A stretch of DNA of 64,000 nucleotides from the human T2T-CHM13v2.0 reference genome, Homo sapiens. The stretch's first letter is position 1. Each line of letters begins with the position of its first letter. Under the pieces are notes generated by a model. That model saw only the letters and a program-made list of their open reading frames with translations. It was not told where the DNA came from and made no database searches. The stretch is taken from NCBI RefSeq assembly GCF_009914755.1, contig NC_060937.1. One strand, written 5' to 3'. Below are positions 28,375-40,359 of the stretch, one piece after another. A program made the translations under genes and the position numbers.

Positions 28375-29411
28375 AAGATTGTTTTTATATTTTGACATTC
28401 TTTTGCCAAATTACTCTTTCAGCATTTTCAGAAAGTTAAAATATCTTGCACCCAGCGTTTTCAGGATGAGCTTGTTGAAGCTTTTAATAAAATAGCAAAT
28501 GTAGTTAAAGGAAAAGTGATACTGTGAGTTTTCCACATAAAATAAACAACAAGTAACATAAATTACTTCGCAGAAATTACCTATCAGATGTGTGTCATTA
28601 ATGTTCTTTGTAATAGCAGAGTAAATCCATATTATAACACAATGACATTGTTCAGAATCGCATCATTTAAATTCTCTATGTATGGAATATAGCAGTCAAC
28701 ATCAGCAGTTATTTTGTTTCACTTTAAGAACAAATTTCTTTTCAAGTAACTAATAAAGGGACATATACATTATATATCAACAATGAATATATGAATTTTG
28801 GGTTGAAATTTAGTCTGTGTAAAATATTAACCATTATCCAGAGGAGAAAATTCAAACATATCAAATGTTTAATTTATAGAAAATATGCAGGCATTAACAA
28901 AATATTACAATTTACTTTTGATAAAATTTTGTATGTAGTTCTGATTTTTTATTTTTTTGATCATATGAAAATATGAACAGTATACATTCAAGCCATAACA
29001 AGTGTGAAACATAAAAGTTGTGCAACACTGACTCAATGCAAAAGCAGGCATCTTGTCCATAAATAATTCAATGAGTAATATACAAATAGAAAATCCAAAT
29101 GTCATCATTTATTAAGTAAAAATATACACAGACACACCATATATCTATGTGGAGAGACAGAGAGAAAAGAGAGAAAAAGGGAATTACAAGGTAAAATTAG
29201 ACCACTTATTAGTATTTCTTACCTTTAGAAAATTTAATATAGAGAACTTGAAGGAAACAAATACATAGAAGTTTTCAAATATATGATAGTCAAAGTGTTA
29301 ATAACAATAAGATTAATAAAACCAAACCAAAACAAAATACTGATATTAATTTACACAAATAGGGGCCTTAAAATTTAACAATTATTTTTGGTGTCCAAAT
29401 AAACAATCTGT

Positions 29412-29680
29412 GTGCTAAAAAGAAAACATACATATGGCATTGGATTCTTGTTATAAACAGCAAAGAAGACTTTATTCAAGACTATTGCAGCAGGACTCAC
29501 AACTATTGCAGAGGAGTGAAGGATGTTACTCAACTCTAAAGGCATCAAGGACAGTTGAAAATGTGTAGCTAAAGAGTAGAGCTAGAGGGTCAGTGGATAG
29601 AAAAATTGTTAACAGGAACTTGATTAGATACCAAGACTCTTGCTAAACTGGCTTAACAAGATTCTTGATGAAGGCAGGAT
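29412..29680 (-). mobile_element. ERV1 LTR fragment (MER67/MER31 group)
   Basis: aagactttattcaagactattgca, gggtcagtggatagaaaaatt, tcttgctaaactggcttaacaagattcttg. Confidence 0.65.
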
Positions 29681-29855
29681 GCTACATTACTGGTGGGATT
29701 TTAAGTGGATTCTATTTCTGAAGGTTGTCAATACTGTGTACTCTACAACTCAGCAGTTCTATCCCCCAGTATATAACAAAGAAAAATTTTGTCATATGTA
29801 CTCTATGATACATTTCCAAGAATTTTCACAGCAATGCTTTTCACAGTAACACATT
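29681..29855 (+). mobile_element. old L1ME fragment
   Basis: acattactggtggga...acaactcagcagttctatccccagtatataac. Confidence 0.5.
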
Positions 29856-30015
29856 TCAGAAAATAAACATAATTTTCTTCTTTCTCCCATCCTCTTTCTC
29901 CCCCCCTCCGTCTCACCTTCTCTCATTCATTTTTTCTTTTTATTTTATTTGATAATGCTTTTGAAACCTCAGAGCCATTATTGTTGTACTAATATTGGCT
30001 TCAACAGGGAGACTT

Positions 30016-30018
<3 letters not shown>

Positions 30019-30062
<44 letters not shown>
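30019..30062. repeat. (CA)22 microsatellite
   Basis: perfect CA run. Confidence 0.98.
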
Positions 30063-30064
<2 letters not shown>

Positions 30065-30070
30065 GTATAT

Positions 30071-30258
30071 TGACAAGGACTCTCTCCTTGACCAAACTTT
30101 AGTCAAGGTCTTGAGAACTTTCTTTTTAATTAGGCCTCAGCATTGTCCTGGAAACCTGGGTCTACAGAGCTCAGTTTTAGCAGAGAATCTTGCTAAGACA
30201 ATTTATCAAGAATCTCCCACCTTTACTATTTAATCAAATTCATTATCCCTCATTCTTG
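30071..30258 (+). mobile_element. MER31-like LTR 5' part
   Basis: tgacaaggactctctccttgaccaaactttagtcaagg...cagttttagcagagaatcttgctaag. Confidence 0.8.
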
Positions 30259-31759
30259 GTAGTTCAGTTGTCTTTCATTCGTTTAAAGCATCAATTCCCT
30301 GCATGATCTGATCATTTCAAACTCTGAAGGGCTTGAAAACAGCAAGCAATTTTTGTAAAAGTGATTTTAAAACCCTCAAAAGTTCCTAGTTTTATTTCTT
30401 ATAAATGTCAAAACTCCACAAGCTATATGTAGTCTTCACAAAGGAAATAATCCTGCATATTTATGTTACTCTGATGGCAAACATTTCTCATCTCTGTTAG
30501 ATTTGAGTGAGTAACTGTATCAGCAAACTATGTGTGTTGGTCAAGGGCACATTTATCACTTGATAAATGAATCTCATTGGCCACAGCCAGTTGAAGATCA
30601 GCAGTGATAATTCACTTTTAGGTCCTTGAATGGAAGTAGCTACAGTAGCAGAATGAAAACCCACAGTAGGCGCAGAAGAAGGTATCATTATGTTTAATTA
30701 GACTATTATGTTAATGTAATATGAATGGAAGTTAAACAGTCATTCAAACAAAACTACAGAACAGTTGTTTCTACAAAGATCCCTAAGTTAAGGCTGCATC
30801 TCAGCAGTATTTTTGCAGTAAGTATAATTTCTCTCTGCAGTCGTATTTTGCCCTTTTATGGTAACAGAGATTAAGCAGAAAAGACAATGAGGGACAAAAA
30901 GAGGCACCAAATAGTTTAATGATTTACAAGTAACTAGAAGATTAAAAACAACAGATATAAACTTTACAATTAATAAATTTCTTCAAATCTATCATTTAGA
31001 GATCCAGAAGACAAATATTTATTTATTTACTTTTTCCTCCTTAAAAATATTTTCTTTTGGGAAAATTCATGATAGAAAGAAAACATTCAACCTTTTTTAT
31101 CATAGCATAAGAAATATTTTAAACAAAGCTTTAGTTTCTTTATAATTTAACTTTCTAAAATATTACAAAGGGTAACAAATCATACCTTTATACTGCTAAG
31201 CTTACAACTGAGCAATATTTAATTTGGTGAATTATTTCACCTGTACAGTAACATCTACTTTATGTAGCTAATTTCTAGAATGTAGACTAAAAATAAATGT
31301 ATACAAAAATTATTATAACTTATCTTTAAACAGCAAGACATTGAATTGTATAAATCGATATTAGAAAATACAAAGCATAATTGACATGCTAATAATCCTA
31401 TCATGGATAGTAATTTCTGATAATATCATTAACATAGGAAACTGACAAAATTTCACCATTCAGTCAGCTTCTAAGTTTTAAAACTTGTTTAACTACAAAG
31501 CACATGTGTAATTTTTAAAATGTATTGATATCTGTATAATTGCTTTTCTCACCTAGAAACTTGGATGAATAAACAAGAAAGGTAATGTCCAGCAAGCATT
31601 TTTTTAAAATTTATGTCATTTATGAGGAAATATGTAATTTCACTTAGCATAAGAAGACATTAGCCTATTGCTGACTAAGCTAAAAAAGCTGGAAAAAGGC
31701 TAACCTATTTTTGATTTATAAATCGAGAGAGAAACAGAAAAGATCTTGAGAAAGAAGGA

Positions 31760-31825
31760 AATATGCATCCAAATCACCTGAAAAGCCTATTAAAGCACAG
31801 ATTGCTGGACCATCTCAGAGTTTCT
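31760..31825. mobile_element. MER5A (hAT-Charlie) fragment
   Basis: gcatccaaatcacctgaaaagcctattaaagcacagattgctggaccatctcagagtttct. Confidence 0.7.
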
Positions 31826-32103
31826 TTTTTATTTTTGAGACCAAGTCTCCCTCTGTCGCCCAGGCTGGAGTGCAGCGGCGCAATCTTGGCTCACCGCAAC
31901 CTCCGCCACCTGAGTTCAAATGATTCTTCTGCCTCAGCCTCCTGAGTAGCTGGGACTACAGGTGCCTGCCACCATATCATAGCTAATTTTTGTATTTTTA
32001 GTAGAGACGGGGTTTCACCACGTTGGCCAGGCTGGTCTTGAACTCCTGATCTCAGGAGATCCACCCACCTCGGTTTCCCAAAATGCTGGGATTACAGGTA
32101 TGA
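31826..32103 (-). mobile_element. AluS (AluSx-like), missing first ~15 nt
   Basis: antisense Alu with poly-T at left, ends at gattacaggtatga. Confidence 0.95.
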
Positions 32104-32996
32104 AGTTCATACGAAAGATTCACTTATCCAATTGTTGCTCTTACATTGTTGACTATACAAAAAAATACAGCAACAAAGAAAAGACAAATAACATGTTTGA
32201 AACATTTATGATTTTTCTTACTACCATGGGCAAAATGCAAGTCAAAGAGAGAAAAGAGAGGCATTGCAATTTGTTAGAGGGTTGGTGGAGACAATAGAGA
32301 TAGAGAAAGCAATCAGCCATTCTGACTTTCTGGGGCCACGGTGAATTTTCAGAAGAAAAATATCAGCTTTCATCAACTAATGAAGAGAGTTCATCAATAA
32401 ACAAGAAAACAATTTTTGTTAAATGATTGGCCCTTTAAGGTCAGGGATTATATTTCATTTGTCCACACGCCTGCAGCATTTAGAAAATTTCATAAAATCA
32501 CATACACTGACCATGAGTAAAAGATGTTTAAGCCATTTTAATTCAATAGACACATGGTCTTCTCCTCAATACAAATATACACACACAAAAAAACTCATTA
32601 CAAAGCCCTACACTCCACTTACTGAAAAAAAGCAGAGCAAATTCTATTTCTAAGTTAATTATTTAAACAGAAATAATACTAAATAACTTGTATTTTAAGA
32701 GAATACTGGATTATTTTGTAATAGGTTTATTGAGGCCATCAAACTGTACTAATCTTGATAGGTTGGTAGATTTTTCTTTACTGGATATGTATGACTCCAA
32801 TACTAATTATGCAAAAATGCATTTATACTCCTATGGCAAGAAATTTACTCTCATTCCCATGAATTGGTTCTGATCAGCATTCTTCTATTATGAAATCGAA
32901 AACGCTTGAGGTCTCTATGGAAAGTTGTACATAGAGCTGAGAAATCACAACAGAGATGTAACTCATAATCCTTTTTCTTATTTAAATTTAATCACA

Positions 32997-32998
<2 letters not shown>

Positions 32999-33036
<38 letters not shown>
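32999..33036. repeat. (CA)19 microsatellite
   Basis: perfect CA run. Confidence 0.98.
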
Positions 33037-33038
<2 letters not shown>

Positions 33039-33104
33039 TTTCCTTGTTTCCTGGTACAGAGTTCTGAAAACCTATAGAATCTCTTGAATAGTAAGTGTCT
33101 TTTC

Positions 33105-33360
33105 TATTTTATTAACTTTTTTTCCTTACATTGTTACTTTTTTTATTTTTCTGGTAAGAACACCTAAAATCTACTGTCAGCAAATTTCCAGCATACAATA
33201 CAATATTCTTAACTCTAGTTTTTTGCTGTATGTTAATGTCTTTAGACTTATTTATCCTACCTAACTGCAACTTTGTACACTTTGAGCAATTTCTGTCTAT
33301 TTTCCCCATCCCTGGTAACCACTGTATATTTTTCCCTGTTTCTATGTATACAACTTTACA
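33105..33360 (-). mobile_element. L1MA9/10-like 3' end fragment
   Basis: ggtaagaacacctaaaatctactgtcagcaaatttccagcatacaatacaatatt. Confidence 0.8.
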
Positions 33361-33361
33361 C

Positions 33362-34562
33362 GTCTATTCATGTTATTTGCCCACTTTTTGATGCGATTAT
33401 TTTTTTTCTTACTGATTTGAGTTCCTTGTAGAGATTCTGGGTATAAGTTCTTTTTGGGATGCTTAATTTGCAAATAATTTCTCCCATTCTGTGGTTTGTC
33501 TTTTTACTCTGATGATTATTTCTTTTGCTGTGCAGAAGCCTTTAAATTTAATTAGGTTTCATTTATGTATTTTTGTTTTTGTTGCATTTGCTTTTGGAGT
33601 CTTAGTCATAAATTCTTTGCCTAGGCCAATGTCGAGAGTGTTTTTTCTAGGTTTTTTTTTAGAAATTCTGAAACAAGACAATGATGCCCACTTTCATCAC
33701 TTCTATTCAACATAGTACTGGAAATCCTAATTAGCGCAATCAGACAAGAGAAAAAAATAAAAGGCATCCAAACTGAAAAGGTGGAATCAAACTACCTGTG
33801 TGCCAATGATATCATTGTATTCCTAGAAACCCTAAAGACTCCCCCAAAGGACTTCTACATATGATAAATCAATTCAGTAAAGTCTCAGGTTACAAAATCA
33901 ATGCACACAAATCCATAGTGCTGCTATACATCAACACCAACCAAGCTAAGAATCAGATCAATAACGCAATTCAAACTAGGAATATTCTGAACCTAGGAAG
34001 TGAAAGATTTCTACAAGAAGAACTACAAAACACTGTTGAAAGAAGTGATAGATGAACAAAAAAAAAATGAAAATAAATCACACACTCCTGGATCAGAAGA
34101 ATTAGTATAGTAAAAATGACCACCCTGTCCAAAGCATTCTACAGGTTGAATTCAATTCCTATCAAAATGCTAACATCATTTTTCATAGAAAAAGCAATCC
34201 TAAAATTCATATATTTTAAAAAGCTTGAATATCCAAAGCAATCTTAAGTAAAAGGAACAAGTATGGAAGTATTGCATTACCTGACTTCAAATTATACTAC
34301 AAGACTATAGTAACCAAAACAACGTGGTAGTGGTAAAAAAGTAGATACACAGACCAATAGAACAAAGTAGAGTACCCAGAAATAAAGCCAAGTACTTATA
34401 ACCCACCAATCTTTGACAAGGCATACAAAAAATATAAATTGGGAAAATGACATCCTATTTGATAAGTGGTGCTGGGAAAACTGGATAGGCACATGTAGAA
34501 TAAAACTGGATCCCTATATCTCACTATATACAAAAATCAACCCAAGATGAATTAGAGACTTT
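33362..34562 (-). mobile_element. L1PB-type ORF2 with 5' inversion (minus 33362-33668; inverted plus 33669-34562)
   Basis: orientation switch at ttttagaaatt|ctgaaacaagacaa; the two segments are nearly contiguous in the L1 consensus. Confidence 0.88.
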
Positions 34563-34833
34563 TTTTTTCATCGTAATTAAATGATTGGTGGACGAGGGCT
34601 TCTAGTTAGCTTCAGGGTGGGGGGTGGTTACCAGAAAGATTAAAACATGATTAACCGGTTGGAACTTTCAGCTCCATCCCCCTTCCAACCTTCAGGGAAT
34701 ACGGAGGAGCTGGAGATTTTCAATCACCAGTGGCCCATAATTTAATCAGTCATATCTACATAAGGAAACCTCCATAAAAATCCCTAAATGATGGGGTTCT
34801 GCAAGCTTCCAGGGTGATGAACACATTGAGGTA

Positions 34834-34999
34834 CAAATATATCCACTATGCACACAACCTCCACACCACACACCCCACACCTCACACACACCACACATCA
34901 CACACACCACACATACACCACACATACACCTGCCACACCACACACGCCCCCCACCCACCACACAGAAACCACACACAGCTGCTGTGTGTGATAGATTTA
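34834..34999. repeat. irregular C/A-rich low-complexity tract ending in a 10-bp palindrome
   Basis: cacacca/cacacacc variants; cacacacagc-t-gctgtgtgtg at 34970-34990. Confidence 0.85.
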
Positions 35000-35245
35000 G
35001 CTGGTGTGCCCAGAGGGGGCATGGAAGCTCCACACTCCTGACTCCATAACTTAGCCTATTCCTCTCTTCCATTTGGCTGCTTTTAGGTGATATTCTTTAA
35101 TAAAAACAAACAAACAAACAGTCACAGTAAGTAAAACACTTTCCTGAGTTCTGTTAGTCATTCTAGAAAATTATTAAACCTGAGGAGGGAGTTGTGGGAA
35201 CCCCCAAATTTGTAACCAAGACAGATAGAAATGCAGGTAGCCTGG

Positions 35246-35613
35246 TGTATTAGTCAGCTCTCATGCTGCTAATAAAGACATACCCAATTCTGGGTAATTT
35301 AAAAAGGAAAGAGGTTTAATTGACTCACAGTTCCGCAAGGCTTGGGAGGCCCCAGGAAACTTACAATCATGGCATAAGGAGAAACAAACATGTCCTTCTT
35401 CACATGGCAGCAGCAAGAAGTGCAGAGATAAGTGGTGGAGGGAGCCCCTTAAAAATCCATCAGATCTTATGAGAACTCACTCACTATCACGAGAACAACA
35501 CGGAGGTAACTGCCCCCATTATTCAATTACCTCCTACCAGGTCCCTCCCACGAGAATTATGGGAACTACAGTTCAAGATGAGATTTGGGTGGGGACACAC
35601 CCAAACCATATCA
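35246..35613 (-). mobile_element. THE1 solo LTR (THE1C/D-like) nested in MER21
   Basis: tgtattagtc...ccaaaccatatca; TSD CCTGG at 35241-35245 and 35614-35618. Confidence 0.96.
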
Positions 35614-36429
35614 CCTGGTGACACTATTGAGGCTGTTGAAGTAGGAGTAGGTTTCTTGTGGGGCTGATCCCTAAGCCTATGGGGGAGTGCTAACTCTGTA
35701 CAGCTAGTGTCAGAATTGAATTGAATTGTGGGACACCCATACGGTTTTGAAGAATTACAGAATGAATACTGGAAAATACACCACCATGTATCTAGTGTCA
35801 GGCAAATTACCACTTCTGATCACAAGAGGGTAAGAAGAGTGAAGGGGAACTCACATGAAAGATAATATTAATTTATCAAAAATGCTGTGTGGAGTCACAA
35901 GTAATATTTTAAATTTATAAACCCTTGTTTCTATTTCAAAATTAAATTTGCAAAATTAACTACATCGACATATAAAAGACCATCAAGGGCTATTTGTTAT
36001 AATATTTTACAGGTATGCTTGTGCATAATCTCTAGAATCCTAGAATTTCTGCACCTAAATATTTCATTGAGTATTTTAAATTAATAAACCTTTACAAATT
36101 TCAGAATATACATCACACAAAATGTTTAAATGATAGATTATTATATTAATAAAATCTCAAATTAATTATAAAAAATGAAATGGGAAATGAGAAGCAATGG
36201 GGAAATTAAATGGAGTCAGAATATGCCAAGAAATCAATTTAATTGGATGCATTTCTCTGTAATATCTAAAGAGTCCTACAATAGATTGTAACTAATTACC
36301 TCATACCAAGTTATAGTGTTGAATTGTCTTAAGGTAACAGATTAAATCATTTCTCAATGTCACTTTTATCTCAATGGGATTTATTTCTAATATTAGCTCT
36401 TATTCATCAAGATAGTTTTTGTTTTGTTT

Positions 36430-38815
36430 AGTTTTTCTTTGGAGCTTCTAGAGATAAACTACATTTCTTGGCTTGTGGCCATATTTCTCCATTTTTAATT
36501 TTTTTTTTAAATTTTACTTTAAGTTCTGGGATACATATGCTGAACGTGCAGGGTTGTCATATAGGTATACATGTGCCATGGTGGTTTGCTGCACCTATTA
36601 ACCTGTCATCTAGGTTTTAAGCCCCACATGCATTAGGTATTTGTCCTAATGCTCTCCCTCCCCTTTCCCCAAACCCTCCAACACACCCTGGTGGGTGATG
36701 TTTCCCTCCCTGTGTCCATGTGTTCTCATTGTTCAACTCCACTTACTAGTGAGAAAATGCAGTGTTTGGTTTTCCATTCCTGTGTTATGTTGCTGAGAAT
36801 GATGGTTTCCAGCTTCATCCATGTGCCTGCAAAGGACATGAACTCATTATTTTTTATGGCTGCATAGTATTCCATGGTGTATATGTGCCATATTTTCTTA
36901 ATCCATTCTATCATTGATGGGCATTTGGATTGGTTCCAAGTCTCTGCTATTGTAAATAGTTCTGCAATAAACATACATGTGCATGTGTCTTTACAGTAGA
37001 ATGATTTATAATCCTTTGGGTATATACCCAGTAATGGGATTGCTGGGTCAAATGGCTATAGATCCTTGAGGAATCATCACACTGTTTCCCACAATGGTTG
37101 ACCTAATTTACACTCCCACTAACAGTGTAAAAGCGTTCCTATTTCTCCACATCCTCTCCAGCATCTGTTGTTTCCAGACTTTTTAATGATCACCGTTCTA
37201 ACTGGTGTCAGCAGTGATGATGAGCTTTTTTTCATGTGTTTGTTGGGCACATAAATGTCTTCTTTTGAGAAGATTCTGTTCATATCTTCATCCACTTTTT
37301 GATGGGGTTGTTTGTTTCTTTCTTGTAAATTGGTTTAGGTTCCTTGTAGATTCTGGATATTAGACCTTTGTCAGATGGATAGGTTGCAAAAATTTTCTCC
37401 CATTCTGAAGGTTGCCTGTTCACTCCGATGATAGTTTCTTTTGTTGAGGAGAAACTCTTTAGTTTAATTAGACCCCATTTGTCAATTTTGGCTTTTGTTA
37501 CCACTGCTTTTGGTCATTTTAGTAATGAAGTATTTGCCCATGCTTATGTCTTGAATGATATTGCCTGGGTTTTCTTCTAGGGTTTTTATGGTTTTAGGTT
37601 TTACGTTTAAGTCTTTGATCCATCTTGAGTTAATTTTCATATAGGGTATGAAGAAGTGGTCCAGTTTCTGTTTTCTGCATATGGCTAGCCAGTTTTCCCA
37701 GCACAATTTATTAAATAGGGAATCCTTTCTCCATTGCTTGTTTTTGTCAGGTTTGTTGAAAATCAGATGGTTGTAGATTTATGGTGTTATTTCTGAGCCC
37801 TCTGTTCTGTTCCATTGGTCTATATATCTGTTTTCTTTACCAGTATCATGTTGTTTTGGCCCTCTCTCACCACTCCTATTTAACATAGTATTGGAAGTTC
37901 TGGCCAGGGCAATCAGGTAAGTGAAAGAAATTAAGGATATTCATATAGGAAGAGAGGATGTCAAATTGTCTCTGTTTGCAGATGACATGATTTTATATTT
38001 AGAAAATCCCATTTTCTCAAGCCCCAAAACTCCTTAAGCTGATAACAACTTCGCAAAGTCTCAGGATACAAAATCAATGTGCAAAAATTACATTCATTCC
38101 TATACACCAATAATAGACAAGCAGAGAGCCAAATCATGAGTGAACTTCCATTCACAATTGCTACAAAGAAAATAAAATGCCTAGGAATACAGCTTACAAG
38201 GGATCTGAAGGACCTCTTCAAGGAGAACTACAAACGACTGCTCAAAGAAATAAGAGAGGACCCAAACATATGGAAAAACATTCCATACTCATGGATAGGA
38301 AGAATCAATATCATGAAAATGGCCATACTGCCTGAAGTAATTTATAGATTCAATGCTATTCTCATCAACCTACCAGTGACTTTCTTTGTAGAATTAGAAA
38401 AAAACTACTCTAAATTTCATATGGAACCAAAAAAGAGCCCGTATAGCCAAGACAAACCTAAGCAAAAACATCAAAGCTGGTTGCATCATGCTACCTGTTA
38501 TCTTTCTCCATTTTCAAAGCCAGAAATGTTGCATCTTTCTGGTTTTTGTTTTTTCTTGTTTGTTTGTTTCATCATCTCTCTGTCTCTGTCTCTTTCTCTC
38601 AGATCTCTTCAGGAGTTTCTCATAATCCTATGGTAAGAAATAGACTCTCACTTTCATGTAATTTTATTAGGTTTAATGGAGAACAATTTCCTCAGAATAC
38701 TTAATCATAGCTGCGAGGTACTTTTTGCTAGGTAAGCTACCATAGCCCCAGGTGCATGGATATAAGAATATGAACAGCTTGGAAGGGGGTGGGCATTATT
38801 CATTCTGCCTATAAG
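36430..38815 (-). mobile_element. MLT1D/E-like LTR split by the L1PA insertion (pieces ~36430-36495 and ~38500-38815)
   Basis: agcttctagag...catttcttggcttgtggcc|...ctccattttcaaagccag; ttaatcatagctgc...ggcattattcattctgccta. Confidence 0.7.
36496..38499 (-). mobile_element. L1PA7/8-like LINE-1, 5'-truncated with inversion (minus 36496-37859; inverted plus 37860-38497)
   Basis: poly-T then L1PA8-type 3' UTR (ctaggttttaagccccacatgcattagg); ORF 38079-38636 is L1 ORF2 ([19 protein letters not shown]); TSD at[a/c]tttctccatttt at 36481-36495 and 38500-38514. Confidence 0.95.
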
Positions 38816-39734
38816 ACAGAGAGAAAGGGAAATGCAGGAGAAGGAGGAAAAGGAAGAAAGAGAAATTTGTTATGAGATTAAAATAAACTTTTTGAAAGAA
38901 AAGTCCCCATAAGCACAAATAAACCAATTCATAGATTCATGTACAATTTATTTAGTGACAAAATAATTTATGGAATTATAGCTAAAAAAAACCTTTAACT
39001 TAATCTCTTTCTGATTGCAGAAAATATGTAATTATTAAACAGCTATACTTTAGTGGAGAAACTATGTCTTCTATAACTCCTACCATTGATTTAAAGATTT
39101 TCAAAAATAACCACATTTAAGTTTAATGTGTCTTTATTAACAAATGAGCATGAAACCAGGGAAGAAATCTAACTTAAATACAGCAATAACTTTTATAATA
39201 ATTAACAGTTAACAGGTCAAAGAAAAACTTTTAGGGTGCCAAGTCACATATTTATAAAGGAATGAAAGCACTTGAAATTATTGGTTAAGCCTCATTTGCG
39301 TTATACTCTATTTTTATATAAATAAATGTAACCAAAATTACTGTTTAAAATAATAAAATTAATATTAAATTGCTTAATATGCTACCATATAACTAGTTTT
39401 TATTGGGATCCTTTTTGATGTCCAAGAACATGTTTAGAGAACTCAAAATAGTTAAGACATTATCTGTTAAATACACGAAATACTTGTGTGCCAATCATTT
39501 TAATACTATTTGCTTGAGACCTATACATACATGTGATCATCTTTTTCTACCCAGCTTATGCACATAACCATTCCATTAAAATGGCTTATTTTATCTTGAG
39601 TTTCTTACATGACTTAGAGAGATGAATACTTGATTAATTTGTAAACAAGAAAACAAAACTTAATACAAATGTTTCTTACATTATAACGTTTAATTAAAAA
39701 GTTATATAAATGGCTTTTTACCTACTCTGGACAG

Positions 39735-39812
39735 CATGATTATTTCTCAGTTACCTAAGACTGTGCTTAACACAAGAGTAAACAATTAGTAAATAATTTT
39801 AGAATAAATGTA
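39735..39812 (+). mobile_element. L2 3' end remnant
   Basis: tatttctcagttacctaagactgtgcttaacacaagagtaaacaattagtaaata. Confidence 0.5.
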
Positions 39813-40359
39813 AAGATAAATATAGAATATTTTCCAATTTACTCACTTGTCAGAATATAATTCTAGGTTATGTAACATATACTTTCACTTCGTTATAAAT
39901 TATTGTTGCTACAAGACACCATCATTAAATGTCTATAACACTACACAGGTTTCCAAATAAAGGTTTAATAAATTATCACAAATGTTGGTAATTTGTTTTT
40001 AATCAATTAAATAATTCCCAGGTCCAGTTTGTTTAAAATATAGTAATTAAAATCTTTATTATGTCATCTTCTCTTCACCACCATTACATAGATATTCTTG
40101 CATTGCTTTACTAAGAATATTTGGCCAGTTGGAAACACGAATATTGCTACCCACTACTCTTTACATTTCCCACCATTATTGCTATTTTTTGGGGACAAAC
40201 AGACATTTTCCCTTTGCTTGAATGATAACTGTTTTGAAAAACATTATTTTCTGAGAGACATTACCTCATCTCAATACTACCCAAAATTTTCATTGTCTTT
40301 TTTTCCATTTATACATTTATCAAAAATTACAGACACATGAACTTCCACTACTTTGGAAT

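Larger units (their letters stand above)
33040..35802 (+). mobile_element. MER21-type LTR in pieces (33040-33104, 34570-34833, 35000-35245, 35614-35802) split by later insertions
   Basis: gtttcctggtacagagttctgaaaacc, gttggaactttcagc, gagggggcatggaagctcc, tagtgtcagaattgaattgaattgtgggacaccc. Confidence 0.85.

Noticed and set aside
34834-34990. Resemblance to telomeric repeats or a His/Cys-rich ORF
   Set aside because: No TTAGGG/CCCTAA units; ORFs are low-complexity artefacts.
38079-38636. Longest ORF (185 aa)
   Set aside because: Frameshifted L1 ORF2 fragment running into MLT1 sequence.
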